From the IMG/VR virus record IMGVR_UViG_3300010998_000812: DNA of 60,742 bases; one strand, given 5' to 3'. The notes beneath the pieces were generated by a model. It saw only the letters and a list, made by a program, of their open reading frames with translations, was not told where the DNA came from and ran no database searches. Positions 30,017-40,383 of this stretch are shown one piece after another; positions within the stretch are counted from its first letter, which is position 1, and each line of letters starts with the position of its first letter. Position numbers and translations under genes: made by a program. Source of the DNA: an uncultured virus (IMG/VR IMGVR_UViG_3300010998_000812). Its lineage: Duplodnaviria > Heunggongvirae > Uroviricota > Caudoviricetes.

Positions 30017-30448
30017 ATGGCAAGATTTTTAATCGAAGTTGAAGTGGATGAAAGCTACATCGAGAACGGAGAAGGCGTTTTCGAGGATGACGGAGAAGAG
30101 ATAGAAGAGACAGAAAGCAAGAGCGCCGAACAGTGGCTCGAAGAAGAGATGGGCTGGGTAGCTCAGAGCGGCATACGCATGATCAATCATACCGAGCTCG
30201 GCGATACGGGCAAGGGTTATATAACTGCGGAACAGCTTATAGACCTTCTTAAGAAAAAGGTTTCCGAACGCGAAAAGGCTGATAAGAAATGTAAGGAGGT
30301 TGACGGCAAGATAGATTATCCGTTCTACAGTGCCCGCCGCACCGCTCTCTATGCTGAAGTGGCTCTCCTTGAGGACATCATTTCAAAGGAATTTCCCGAT
30401 GAATATGAGGCGTTAATTAAGGAACAGATGAAAAAGAAGGAGAAGTAA
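30017..30448 (+). CDS. Hypothetical protein
   Basis: EMGWV.QSGI motif; RBS. Confidence 0.75.
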   Translation: MARFLIEVEVDESYIENGEGVFEDDGEEIEETESKSAEQWLEEEMGWVAQSGIRMINHTELGDTGKGYITAEQLIDLLKKKVSEREKADKKCKEVDGKIDYPFYSARRTALYAEVALLEDIISKEFPDEYEALIKEQMKKKEK

Positions 30449-30452
30449 ACCT

Positions 30453-31250
30453 ATGAACGTATGCGAAGTAAAGCCTGCTATAAGGCAGTTTGAACTCCGT
30501 CAGGAGAAAGACGTTGACAAGGATTATGGTTCTTGTCTGTGGGCGACGATATACGTTGACACAGAAAGCTATCAGTTGACAATCAATTCCGACTGCGGCT
30601 CTTATGTATACTCGTGGCATCCTACTCCGGAGACCGAGAGCTTTGAGGAGCTACTTGGTCGTATGGACAAAGGATATCTGCTCGATAAGATGGCAGATAT
30701 GGAGTTCGATTTCAAGGGCTGTGTAGATGCTACAATCAAGGTTATTGAAGACTACTTCAGCTCCAAAGAAGAAGATGAGGAATACGAAAGCGAAGAAGAA
30801 AAACTCGAACAGAAGACGATGAAGGACGATATCATTCAGGGACTCAAGAAGATGTTTGCGGTGAATAATCCTTACGATTTCCGCTATGAATGCTCAGAAC
30901 TGATGATAAAATTCGGATTCGAGGATGACGACTTCGACTGCGACTATCGCATCGTAAGCGATGCGATGAAGTATCCTGCATGTGCTGAAAGGGTAATACG
31001 CCTTTTCGTTGAGTACATCCAGCCGATACTTAAGAAGGACGGCAGGAAGAACAGAAACCTCAGGATAGCCAAGAAGAACGACATCCCTTTGAAAAAGATA
31101 CAGAATATCAGAAAAGGGGATAAGTTCGTCAACTATAACGGCGAAATAGTCACGGCAGCATATGACGCAAGCTATAACAGCGATGAAGACTGCTGGGTCG
31201 TATACGACGAGAGCGGCGAAAGCTATTTTGAAGACGATTTCAATATGTAA
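30453..31250 (+). CDS. Hypothetical protein
   Basis: SDCGSY.Y.W...YLL.K motif. Confidence 0.8.
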   Translation: MNVCEVKPAIRQFELRQEKDVDKDYGSCLWATIYVDTESYQLTINSDCGSYVYSWHPTPETESFEELLGRMDKGYLLDKMADMEFDFKGCVDATIKVIEDYFSSKEEDEEYESEEEKLEQKTMKDDIIQGLKKMFAVNNPYDFRYECSELMIKFGFEDDDFDCDYRIVSDAMKYPACAERVIRLFVEYIQPILKKDGRKNRNLRIAKKNDIPLKKIQNIRKGDKFVNYNGEIVTAAYDASYNSDEDCWVVYDESGESYFEDDFNM

Positions 31251-31266
31251 TCAGATTTCATTCAAG

Positions 31267-31356
31267 AAAGAGGCGGGCAACTGCCTCTTTTTTTGTTTTT
31301 ATATCCTGTGTACGAGCGACAATAGATTACAATTTTCCTCGCGAAAAGTCATACTA
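31267..31356 (+). promoter_or_regulatory. Terminator followed by TGTGTACGA-box CATACTA promoter
   Basis: AGAGGCGG-GCAA-CTGCCTCT; box at 31307; -10 at 31350. Confidence 0.75.
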
Positions 31357-31374
31357 ATGACAGATAAATAATTC

Positions 31375-31485
31375 GGGGCAGCTCGATGTCCTTGTGACGA
31401 TGAAGTGGCATCTATAACGATGTTAACTCTCGTTAAGGTTAATCCCGCCATAGTATTCCGGCGGGGGGCTTGTTGAAGCACGAGA
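31375..31485 (+). ncRNA. Dispersed structured RNA, copy 4
   Basis: P3 CCCGCC/GGCGGG with loop ATAGTATTCC. Confidence 0.85.
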
Positions 31486-31540
31486 AAAAGATGAAATACG
31501 GCATTATGGCGTGTACTTGATGCAGGAAAGGAGAAATAAC

Positions 31541-31747
31541 ATGAGATTACTTGACGCAGACAGAATTACGGCTGATTCCGAGCTTATCGTAGCTATGGTT
31601 GACCTGTTCAAATCCTGCAAGATGCAGCACAAGGATAACTGCTTGCCGGGAGATTGCTACGAGTGTGCCTCAAGATTTTTCAAAGAGACATTCTCACATA
31701 TCCAGCCGATTGTACGGATGAGTGTAATTGGCGATATTTCAGATTGA
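31541..31747 (+). CDS. Small phage-type protein (MRLLDAD start, Cys cluster)
   Basis: AAGGAG RBS before ATG 31541. Confidence 0.7.
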   Translation: MRLLDADRITADSELIVAMVDLFKSCKMQHKDNCLPGDCYECASRFFKETFSHIQPIVRMSVIGDISD

Positions 31748-31828
31748 AGGTGAGCAAAATGGACAGTTGAAAGACAGAAAGTAATAATCAAAATAATAAG
31801 CGCGAGTATACTGAGAAAGGAAGTAATT

Positions 31829-32170
31829 ATGTCATATTTAGCAAAGTATATCGATGAGGCAGGGTGTAAGATTGTAATTGTAAACGGGAAGGCAGTGTGG
31901 AGTATTTCCGAAACGGTGTTCAAGGACGCTCTTCTGAGTGCTATGAATGACTGTATCGGGTATATAGCCGCATACAACAACGGACGCAAGGATTTAGGAG
32001 ATTTCATTCTTTCGAGGATCGGAGTTGCTGAAGAGTACGAGGAACTGTTCTATGAGACGCAGGAAAGTAAGCCCAGCGGAGAAGAAAACCTCGAAGACAA
32101 TGAAAGATATGTTACAATGAAGGAGATCATCGAAAAGTGGGAAGATGAATATCGCAAAATCCACAAATAA
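31829..32170 (+). CDS. Hypothetical protein
   Basis: ORF with RBS. Confidence 0.75.
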   Translation: MSYLAKYIDEAGCKIVIVNGKAVWSISETVFKDALLSAMNDCIGYIAAYNNGRKDLGDFILSRIGVAEEYEELFYETQESKPSGEENLEDNERYVTMKEIIEKWEDEYRKIHK

Positions 32171-32351
32171 ATAATGTGAATAGAGCGGCAGGGCAGTCTT
32201 GCTGCTCTTTTTGTTATGGCGCTTCAGCACTCATACTAATAGTATAAACTTTATTATGACGAAAGGAGAGTATACGGTTAATTTGATAGTAGCGCTCTAA
32301 AATATTGGAGCAGGAAATATCCCTCGCTGAGGGTCTGTAGGAGGATTTATT

Positions 32352-32906
32352 ATGTCTATGGAAACACTTAAGAGAGCTGCGGCACTTATCTCAATGATCA
32401 ACGATGGTGTAACAGAAGAGGAACTGAAGCTCCCGAAGGAGATAAGAGAGGTAATCTCAGTCCTTAGGGCAGTCAATCCGGATATGTACATATACGTTGA
32501 AAAAGGCGATAATGAAGGAAACTATATGGAAAACACATTCATAAAGCTCTACCCTCGTGTGCTTGAGAACACCGGATGCAGCAAAGAGTTGAGCATTGTA
32601 TGCAATATATCAAAAGCTCCATTCTTCGGCACAATACAGAGTCCCGGCACGATGCTTCTCAGGGTTCTCGCAAAAGCTAAGGATTACAAGACCGGAGAGT
32701 TTGAGGAAAAGGCTCTCGACGCATATATGAGGGTAAATCCTACTGCCGGAGCAGGAAGGATACTTAACTTCATGAAGTATGTGTATCCTGAAGCTGTAGC
32801 CGAGTACGAAAGTCTTACGGAATACTGCTCCGAGCTTCGTTCCGTGTACACAAATAATAAAGAAAGCCGCAGAGAGATGCCGGCTAAAGGACTGAATATA
32901 GCATAA
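32352..32906 (+). CDS. Hypothetical protein
   Basis: AGGAGG RBS; CATACTA at 32232 with a leader paralogous to the one at 34801. Confidence 0.8.
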   Translation: MSMETLKRAAALISMINDGVTEEELKLPKEIREVISVLRAVNPDMYIYVEKGDNEGNYMENTFIKLYPRVLENTGCSKELSIVCNISKAPFFGTIQSPGTMLLRVLAKAKDYKTGEFEEKALDAYMRVNPTAGAGRILNFMKYVYPEAVAEYESLTEYCSELRSVYTNNKESRREMPAKGLNIA

Positions 32907-32921
32907 GGAGTGAAATATGAT

Positions 32922-33575
32922 ATGAAAGGAAGAGATAAACTCGTATTAAATACGTTATCGAGCTTCGTGAAGAGCTTTATAACAGGTATACTTATAAGCA
33001 TCGGTGGAATAGTCAATATGTCCTGCGACAACAAGTATATCGGCGCTTTTCTGTTCGGAACGGGCTTATTTACTATACTGACATTTGGCTTTGACCTGTT
33101 TACGGGAAAGGTTGGATATGTAGTAGAAAACCATCCGAGCTATCTGGCATACCTCCTGATAGTGTGGATTGGTAATCTATCCGGCACGGTTATATCAGGA
33201 TATGCGATATCGTTAACGAGGATAGGCGAAAAGCTGAGAGAAAAAGCGATAGACATTACCGCTATAAAGCAGGATGATAGCTTCTTGAGTCTGTTCGTTC
33301 TTGCTATTTTCTGCGGAATGCTTATGTTTATCGCGGCAGATGGGTATAAGAATATAGCCAACCCTGTCGGACAGATGCTCGTAGTATTCCTGCCGGTAAT
33401 GGTGTTCATCATATCCGGTTTTGAGCACAGCATAGCTGATATGTTCTATATATCGGCAGCGCAGGGATGGGATGCCGATACATTCTTAAGGATACTTGTT
33501 ATCTCTGCGGGAAATGCAGTAGGCGGAATAAGCATTCCGCTGCTCAGAAAACTTATCAAAACACAAGGTAAATAA
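32922..33575 (+). CDS. Formate/nitrite transporter (FNT) family protein
   Basis: G.LI.IGG, LFTGK, GN..G, FCGML, GFEHSIADMFY, GNAVGG. Confidence 0.9.
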   Translation: MKGRDKLVLNTLSSFVKSFITGILISIGGIVNMSCDNKYIGAFLFGTGLFTILTFGFDLFTGKVGYVVENHPSYLAYLLIVWIGNLSGTVISGYAISLTRIGEKLREKAIDITAIKQDDSFLSLFVLAIFCGMLMFIAADGYKNIANPVGQMLVVFLPVMVFIISGFEHSIADMFYISAAQGWDADTFLRILVISAGNAVGGISIPLLRKLIKTQGK

Positions 33576-33590
33576 ACGAGGAGAAAATGA

Positions 33591-33950
33591 ATGAAAGATA
33601 CAAAGAGCGTAGAAATCGAGTTAAAAGAATACATACTCTCTCATAATCCTATGGGAAAGGTCTATGGGTATTATGATGACTGTAATGAAAACGAAGAGAC
33701 AGACCTTGAAGCGGACGATTTCGTACCTGACGTAAACTGCGGAGATGGAACGGATTTTATCGGCTTCAAAGGGTGCGATGGAGCTATGTGGGGTAGCTGC
33801 ACATATGAAGTGACCGTCCGTGCATACACAGATGAAGAGGCAATCCAAAAAGGGATTGAACTGGAAGAAAAGGCGGACTTCGGAGATATGGAAAGCTTAG
33901 ACTTCTCAAACGAATGGCGCATCGACAAAAAGACGGTTATAACAAATTAA
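33591..33950 (+). CDS. Acidic hypothetical protein
   Basis: GAGGAG RBS. Confidence 0.7.
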   Translation: MKDTKSVEIELKEYILSHNPMGKVYGYYDDCNENEETDLEADDFVPDVNCGDGTDFIGFKGCDGAMWGSCTYEVTVRAYTDEEAIQKGIELEEKADFGDMESLDFSNEWRIDKKTVITN

Positions 33951-34066
33951 CTGTATAAGACTAAGGGCGGCTATAGTCGCCCTTTTTCTATACTCGCCCA
34001 TATACATTTTTAAAGTATTGAGTAATCTATCATACTATTATATATGCATAAAAGGAGGTTGTCATT

Positions 34067-34741
34067 ATGGCACGAAAAACTAAATCAGAAGTAGCAAGCT
34101 ATAAACCAAAACCGGTAAAATCCATCGCCGATATTTGTATCGGTCAGTACGTCGATGTAAATGCCGATAAGCTCGACAATGATCATAGCGAGGACGCAGA
34201 GGCGAGAGTCGAAAGCTTAAGGTGTTGGGGTATGTACTGTTTCGTTACAGACATCAAGACAGACGGAGAGGGCACTTACATATGGGTGAATGCTCAAAAT
34301 GATGATGATTTCGTTATATCTGATAATGAAGTCGCAAACGGCGCAATTTCACTTTCGGGGGCTATTACCGATTTTGAAAAAGTGAAAGGCAAAATATTCG
34401 TAGATGTCAATCCAGAAAAGTTTAAAGACTCAGAAATGATTAGAAAAATTCTAAGTGATTTAGAGGGGTGCGAAGCTGCGTATTTCGACAAGGACGATAC
34501 ATTATGTATTACACCGTTAGGTGATACGATTGGGATAGGAATAGAGCGCGACGAGCTCGCCAAGGGAGGGCTTACACCATCTAAACTTATAAAAACTGAA
34601 ATAAGCGTTAAGACAGGCGACCGTGAAAAAGTGTCACTCATTACGTTTCTTCCTGAATCAGTTACCAAGAGGGAAAAGTCCGATATTGAATCTTACATCT
34701 ATAGGATAATATGCATTTGTGAAGGAAAAGAACCTAATTGA
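34067..34741 (+). CDS. Hypothetical protein with two copies of the VDV..K...G domain found in 20825/21684
   Basis: GQYVDVNADKLD and KIFVDVNPEKFKD; CATACTA at 34031. Confidence 0.8.
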   Translation: MARKTKSEVASYKPKPVKSIADICIGQYVDVNADKLDNDHSEDAEARVESLRCWGMYCFVTDIKTDGEGTYIWVNAQNDDDFVISDNEVANGAISLSGAITDFEKVKGKIFVDVNPEKFKDSEMIRKILSDLEGCEAAYFDKDDTLCITPLGDTIGIGIERDELAKGGLTPSKLIKTEISVKTGDREKVSLITFLPESVTKREKSDIESYIYRIICICEGKEPN

Positions 34742-34917
34742 GAAAAACAAATAATAAAGGGCGGCGATGGTCGCCCTTTTTGTTTTTCCGTCCACTATTG
34801 CATACTATTATTAGCAACTGTTTATGATGAAAGGAGCATATACGGTTAATTATAAGAAGTACGTCTCCTTAAGAGACAAGAAACATCCCTCACTGAGGGC
34901 AAATAGGAGGATTTATT

Positions 34918-35277
34918 ATGAACACATTCACAAAGCTTATGGTAAGAGGCATCGCAGAAAGCACACTGACTGACATGACAACTTTTGCTGTCGAACACGC
35001 TACCGAGACAGGTAACATCATTAAAGCTGTAGAAGGAATTATCGTACTTCCGGATGAAAAGAAGGCTGATGTCAGAGTTGAGGTTGTTGAACCCGAAGAC
35101 GAAGCTGCATATCTCAAGATATCTTTCCGCAATACAAAAGGCTGGGAGATAAGCTGTAAGGGGGACATCGAAGACAGTGATGAACTTGTAGATAGGGCTG
35201 CCGGCGTTATCTGCGACTTCTATGCGAGCGGGCATTTGAAGACTACAAGACAGAAGAGTACAGTACGCTGTGTATAA
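34918..35277 (+). CDS. Hypothetical protein
   Basis: AGGAGG RBS; CATACTA at 34801. Confidence 0.75.
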   Translation: MNTFTKLMVRGIAESTLTDMTTFAVEHATETGNIIKAVEGIIVLPDEKKADVRVEVVEPEDEAAYLKISFRNTKGWEISCKGDIEDSDELVDRAAGVICDFYASGHLKTTRQKSTVRCV

Positions 35278-35334
35278 CATAAGTATCTGTCTTAAGAATG
35301 AAGAACAAAATACAGTGACGAAAGGAAAATAAAA

Positions 35335-35664
35335 ATGTCTACATTAAAAGACCTTGAACTCGAATTCAATGATCCAACAAATCTTACATATCTGGAAAGT
35401 ATGACTGATGAATGGAATTTACTGCGAGAGATCTATATGAAGAGCGACCGCAAAAAGGCAGTTCCTCAGACAAATTCGTTCAAACTTGTCAAAAAAGCTG
35501 TAGATGCTATAATGTCCAAAAACGGCATTGAAAAATACAGCATTGTACCGGTGTCGTTTGCCGAAACATGCGGCGGTGACTGCTTTGAAATAAATCTTGC
35601 AGTGAACTATACGGAGAACGATGAACTTCAGACATTTGTTGTCGAGCTCTTGGCAGAGTATTGA
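35335..35664 (+). CDS. Hypothetical protein
   Basis: ORF with RBS. Confidence 0.75.
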   Translation: MSTLKDLELEFNDPTNLTYLESMTDEWNLLREIYMKSDRKKAVPQTNSFKLVKKAVDAIMSKNGIEKYSIVPVSFAETCGGDCFEINLAVNYTENDELQTFVVELLAEY

Positions 35665-35715
35665 AGAGTATGGAATCAAAAATTCCATCATTATAATCAG
35701 ATAGGAGAAATTATT

Positions 35716-37635
35716 ATGAACACAAAGAACATTACTAAGGAAGAACTTGCCGAAATCATCAGCACTGTTACCACTACGGTCATCAATCAGCTCTCTTCAA
35801 AGGAGGAGAACGACACCGTTTCGAAGGAAAAGCCAGCAAAAAACAATACGGAATATCTGGTTGAAATGTCTTTAGGACGTCTTAATGACGACGGAAGCTT
35901 TGACAGCAAGACACGTATCTGTAAACTGCGCGGCTCCAATCTTGAAGAAGTAATGGTACAGGCTGTACATCTTCTTGAACATATACCCAAAGGGGAAGTT
36001 ACAGCTCAAGTAGATGTGTATACATATGAGTTCGGCGGATCCGAGGAACACCACTTTGAAGGTACAAAGTACGCAAGGTTTGCAGTCGCAAAACATAAAG
36101 CGGAGCTCATAGAAATGGCATCGAAAAACGACTATCGCGCACTTCTTGAACATATTAAGGAGTCCGCTGCTCAGAGAGAACGTGAGGCTGCTGCTAAAGC
36201 AAAGTCTGTAACAGACACTTTGTATACTGTAGAGGTATCTTCAGGTACTCTTTATGATGATGGAATATTCGATGTAGCAGAAACAATATGCTATCGCGGA
36301 TATAAACCTACCGAGATAATCCGAGAAGCTGTGCGTCGTCTTGCGGATAAAACAAAAGTGAGAAAAGAAATAACGGTGCTGGTAAACGAGACCGTTGTTG
36401 AGGACTATAGCAAAAATAATCCTCTTAAGAGTGTAAGATACGAGAGATATGCCGTTGAGCCTACAGGGGAAGTTAAGTACATAGAAGGAGTTATGAAAGA
36501 CAATTATCGTACTCTGCTTGCTCATATCAAGGAAACGGAAGCTCAGGAAGCCTCTGCAAAAAAAGAAACTCCGAGTACTGATAAAGTAAAAACTTGGAAC
36601 GAAATACCTGAAGAGGCACGGAAAATCGCTATAGAGGCTATGAACAGCCTTCCTTGTATCCAGTTTAAATTTGTTTCGTTCAATCATGTGATACCCGGCG
36701 ACAGAAACATAGGTCTTTGGATCTATCCAAAAAGAGCTGAAGTTAAGCTGGAAGGCGTTAACACCGATACGCTGCCGACAACGGAAGGTGTGTGTGTACC
36801 TCCTGTAGTAATCAAGGGATGGAACAATGAGTCTTTGATCAAACACCTCGGATACACACAAAGGGGTTATATTCTCAAGACCATCATCAACTCCCTTAAC
36901 GGATTTCTTAATCATCCGAAAAGTGAGATAGACAAGACGCATGAGCTCTATGCGCTGCTAAAGTATCTTTCTATCGAGCTTAGTACAGAAACGGCTTTTG
37001 GTAATAAGGCAGCGCCTAAGAAAACTCCTGTTACCGTTAAGGCAGAAGACGACAGCTTCGTTCCGAGGCTGGACAATGGCGAGTCTTATGCTATATTCGC
37101 CGAATGCGGCGTTTTTGCTGAGGACGACTACTTCGTTCCTAAGGTATCTGCGGTCCTTACCGGCAACAACTTCAAGAAACTCAAGAGCAATGCGATTATG
37201 AACATTGTTTCTCAGCTTGAGTGCGATGACTGGCGCGGCACCTATCGTAATGAGATAATTGTACGCGTTCGCCGTTACACACGCGGGGATGATGGTATTG
37301 CCATCGGTTACGAGCCTGTGTATGAGCGTTATGCTATTGAGGCAGGCGGCACTACCTTATACCTTGGAGAACTTTCTAAAGCTAAGGCTTCTGTCGTAAT
37401 CAATATTACGAACAAAAAGCGCGGAATAAACATGACTAAGGCGTTTTACGGAAGTTCATACGAAGGTCTTCGGGAGAAAACAGAGGAATTCATTACTGAG
37501 GTTGCTCAGGGCTTGCCCGGAGCTGCCGATGTGACTGTATCATATTACATTAAGGGCGACAATCGCTACTATATGAGAAAGATCAAAGAGGATACTCAGG
37601 AATACAAAAACTTCGACCTTTATACAAATGAGTAA
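35716..37635 (+). CDS. Large protein with three copies of a repeated domain also found in 40384..41874
   Basis: Y.VE...G...D..F...E(I/V)TV.V...Y(E/A)R(Y/F)A(V/I) repeats. Confidence 0.85.
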   Translation: MNTKNITKEELAEIISTVTTTVINQLSSKEENDTVSKEKPAKNNTEYLVEMSLGRLNDDGSFDSKTRICKLRGSNLEEVMVQAVHLLEHIPKGEVTAQVDVYTYEFGGSEEHHFEGTKYARFAVAKHKAELIEMASKNDYRALLEHIKESAAQREREAAAKAKSVTDTLYTVEVSSGTLYDDGIFDVAETICYRGYKPTEIIREAVRRLADKTKVRKEITVLVNETVVEDYSKNNPLKSVRYERYAVEPTGEVKYIEGVMKDNYRTLLAHIKETEAQEASAKKETPSTDKVKTWNEIPEEARKIAIEAMNSLPCIQFKFVSFNHVIPGDRNIGLWIYPKRAEVKLEGVNTDTLPTTEGVCVPPVVIKGWNNESLIKHLGYTQRGYILKTIINSLNGFLNHPKSEIDKTHELYALLKYLSIELSTETAFGNKAAPKKTPVTVKAEDDSFVPRLDNGESYAIFAECGVFAEDDYFVPKVSAVLTGNNFKKLKSNAIMNIVSQLECDDWRGTYRNEIIVRVRRYTRGDDGIAIGYEPVYERYAIEAGGTTLYLGELSKAKASVVINITNKKRGINMTKAFYGSSYEGLREKTEEFITEVAQGLPGAADVTVSYYIKGDNRYYMRKIKEDTQEYKNFDLYTNE

Positions 37636-37814
37636 AAAGTCTCTCGCGTGGAGATACAACTCACTTGCCAAAGGTTAAATTAACTGTATAACACTAAGGG
37701 CGGCAACAGTCGCCCTTTTTGTTTTGCTGTCCAAAACACCATACTATTATATAGCAATCTATACATGACGAACGGAGTTAAATGTGATTGCTTATTATAA
37801 TATGAAAGGAAAAT

Positions 37815-38156
37815 ATGATAATGTTTGATTTCAGAAATGCAACCAAGGAGAACTTAAAGCAGCTGAGAGGTCAGATAAGACTTTGCAGTCTGTACACACA
37901 CGACTACAAGAACACCTGCACAAATATTTCGGCTGACGCAACATTCATCTTTTTTGATGGATATGCCGATTATCTCGATGAGCTAATGCAGGAAAATGGC
38001 GAGTATATTGGCGGATATAACAAATTCTTCGATTATCTCGACAAGTATGACACAGAGGAGAACCTGTGGGCGTATTACAACATTCTTGATGTTGAAGCGC
38101 TTGAAAGCCTTGTGGAGTACATGAGCGAGACAAAGATGTACGAACCGGCGGCGTAA
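37815..38156 (+). CDS. Hypothetical protein
   Basis: RBS; CATACTA at 37740. Confidence 0.75.
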   Translation: MIMFDFRNATKENLKQLRGQIRLCSLYTHDYKNTCTNISADATFIFFDGYADYLDELMQENGEYIGGYNKFFDYLDKYDTEENLWAYYNILDVEALESLVEYMSETKMYEPAA

Positions 38157-38172
38157 AGAAAGGAAATGAGAT

Positions 38173-38904
38173 ATGTATAAGATAGACGGAGCAACACTGA
38201 CAGTCAACGGAAGCGCAGTTGAAGGCACGTATATGGGTGTCAGTGCTGAAAATGATAAGTTTATCGTGTTCGGTATTCACGGCGAGAACCCGCATTGTTA
38301 CAAGTGGCTTGACAGAGCAGTCGTATACGACAAGGAAACAGAAAAGTATAGGGATGTTAGGCTCTACTCGGAGCTTGGGCGCAACAACGGACGCGATGCC
38401 TTTAACGATGATCGGGCAAAGCTCCAGAAAATATGGTATGATAAACGCAAGAAGAAGTTCTTTGCACAAAGCGGCTTTGCAACGGTAATCATCAATGTAG
38501 AAAATGTGGTTGCCGAAGACGTTAAGCCGGGTTTCACGTATGAGAGCGGCAAGCCCACCCCTTCCGATATTCCCTCCTGCTTTAAGTATAAGGTCTTATC
38601 GGATATGTCGGTATTGATAACACTTAATCCCAAAATAACCCGCAACGAGATGTTTGAGTTTCCGGGCTTCACCAAGGATTATGACATGTTTAAGTTATCA
38701 GGTGCTATCTGCGGAAGCGGACAGTCAAGTCTTGTGTTTGCCAATACAGACAGTAACGAAACATGGTCTGTACAGTACGGAAATTCTACGACAATGACAT
38801 CAAAAGAGGTATGGCGGTGCCGCGATACACTTATTGATTGTCTTCGTAAGGCTATCCCGAACCATCCGAGTATCAGAGAAACCACATATATGACTAAAGT
38901 GTGA
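38173..38904 (+). CDS. Hypothetical protein
   Basis: ORF with RBS. Confidence 0.75.
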   Translation: MYKIDGATLTVNGSAVEGTYMGVSAENDKFIVFGIHGENPHCYKWLDRAVVYDKETEKYRDVRLYSELGRNNGRDAFNDDRAKLQKIWYDKRKKKFFAQSGFATVIINVENVVAEDVKPGFTYESGKPTPSDIPSCFKYKVLSDMSVLITLNPKITRNEMFEFPGFTKDYDMFKLSGAICGSGQSSLVFANTDSNETWSVQYGNSTTMTSKEVWRCRDTLIDCLRKAIPNHPSIRETTYMTKV

Positions 38905-38913
38905 GGAGATAAC

Positions 38914-39438
38914 ATGATAAATTCAATAAAAGGCATAAAGCCGAATGAGAGCGACTTTAAGTTCGCAAAGACAAAAGAGGGGGCAAGACTTCCCGTTAAG
39001 AGGCTGGAAGATGCCGGATATGACATTTTCCCGTGTTTTGACGAGGAGTATATCAAAATTGATCCCCATAAGACGGCGATTATTCCTACCGGAATAGCGT
39101 CTGCCTGCACATCGGACTGGAGCTTTCTGATAACTGAGCGCAGCAGTCTGGGTACTAAAGGCATAGCTTGCCGTTGTGGAGTAATTGACAGCGGTTATAG
39201 AGGAGAGTGGAGTATAGTCCTCACCAATACTACGGATTTTCCGTTTATTATTGCGAAAAAGGACTTTGAATTCATTTCGTTCGGACCGGGTTCTATAAAA
39301 TATCCCTATGAGAAAGCACTGGCTCAGTTCCTTATTATACCGGTTCCTAAGGTCTCCATTGACGAAATAAGCTATGACGAGCTTAAGGAAATTCCTTCCG
39401 AGCGTGGCGCGGGCAGGTTTGGAAGCACGGGAAATTGA
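38914..39438 (+). CDS. dut: Trimeric dUTPase
   Basis: AGYD, RSS, GVIDSGYRGE, AQ and ERG.GRFGSTG motifs. Confidence 0.93.
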   Translation: MINSIKGIKPNESDFKFAKTKEGARLPVKRLEDAGYDIFPCFDEEYIKIDPHKTAIIPTGIASACTSDWSFLITERSSLGTKGIACRCGVIDSGYRGEWSIVLTNTTDFPFIIAKKDFEFISFGPGSIKYPYEKALAQFLIIPVPKVSIDEISYDELKEIPSERGAGRFGSTGN

Positions 39439-39452
39439 GAAAGGGACAACAG

Positions 39453-39896
39453 ATGCAGGAGTTCAAATGGATACCTAATCCTGAGACTGATATCGAAGAA
39501 TGGATAAACGATTTCTTCAGCAGTTTTGTGCAAAATGAAGGAGAAAACGAGGCAGAAAGACTGAGACATTTATATCGAGCTGGATATTGTTGGCACTTTG
39601 CACACACGCTTAAAACGACATTTGGTCGCGAAGAAGTGTGCTGGGCTGCTCCTTTCGGGCATGTCTGCTTTGTTGACGAAGACGGCACACCTTATGATAT
39701 TGAAGGCAAGTACACGGGCGAAGCATACTATATGATTCCCGAAAAGTATCTGGGAGATGCTCACTTGGATGATTTCAGACACATCAAGGGGAAGTCTTAC
39801 GGCGCCGGTAAGCAGGAGCTTATCTCGATTATTAAGAGATACTGTATAGAAACAGGCGAAAAGTACTATCCCGACATCGAAAAGATGTTCAATTAG
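39453..39896 (+). CDS. Hypothetical protein (GYCWHFA...H...YDI, possible papain-like fold)
   Basis: Cys-His-Asp-like arrangement. Confidence 0.7.
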   Translation: MQEFKWIPNPETDIEEWINDFFSSFVQNEGENEAERLRHLYRAGYCWHFAHTLKTTFGREEVCWAAPFGHVCFVDEDGTPYDIEGKYTGEAYYMIPEKYLGDAHLDDFRHIKGKSYGAGKQELISIIKRYCIETGEKYYPDIEKMFN

Positions 39897-39975
39897 TGTC
39901 ATTCTCTCTGCCATGAAGAGGACGGATCTTCCTCCCGCCTAACGGCGAGATAAAATAATGAGGAGAAAACAACCA

Positions 39976-40203
39976 ATGAAAAGGTCAAAATGGCACAGAA
40001 TTGATTTTAAGTGTGAAGTGAGCAATGAAGGCTGTGGCGGCTTATGCGACCCAAAAGGGCATCATACCGCGTGGCGTTCTTGCTTTGCCGAGAGTTGTAC
40101 TGAGAAAGAAGCAAGAAATGTATTTGAAAAAGCTCATATAGGCGAATTCACCCGCATAATGCAGATCAATTACATTCCCACATCCGGTATAATTACTCTG
40201 TAA
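39976..40203 (+). CDS. Hypothetical protein
   Basis: GAGGAG RBS. Confidence 0.65.
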   Translation: MKRSKWHRIDFKCEVSNEGCGGLCDPKGHHTAWRSCFAESCTEKEARNVFEKAHIGEFTRIMQINYIPTSGIITL

Positions 40204-40269
40204 TACAATAATAAGCAATACTTAAGAGAGCGACTTCGGTCGCTCTTTTTTCTTTTACGGCTATAAGCC

Positions 40270-40319
40270 TGTGTACGAAAAGCAACAGTTTGCTGTTTTC
40301 CTTTTCGGAAATCATACTA
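40270..40319 (+). promoter_or_regulatory. TGTGTACGA-box CATACTA promoter
   Basis: Box at 40270, -10 at 40313; upstream terminator GAGCGAC-TTCG-GTCGCTC. Confidence 0.7.
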
Positions 40320-40383
40320 TATATGAGCTTAATCTAATTGCAGCTCATATCATCAGCGACCAATCAACTTAAGGAGGAAAACT

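Noticed and set aside
39925..39951. Twister ribozyme (CCGCCTAAC word)
   Set aside because: The conserved twister P4 loop and GAGGG elements are missing
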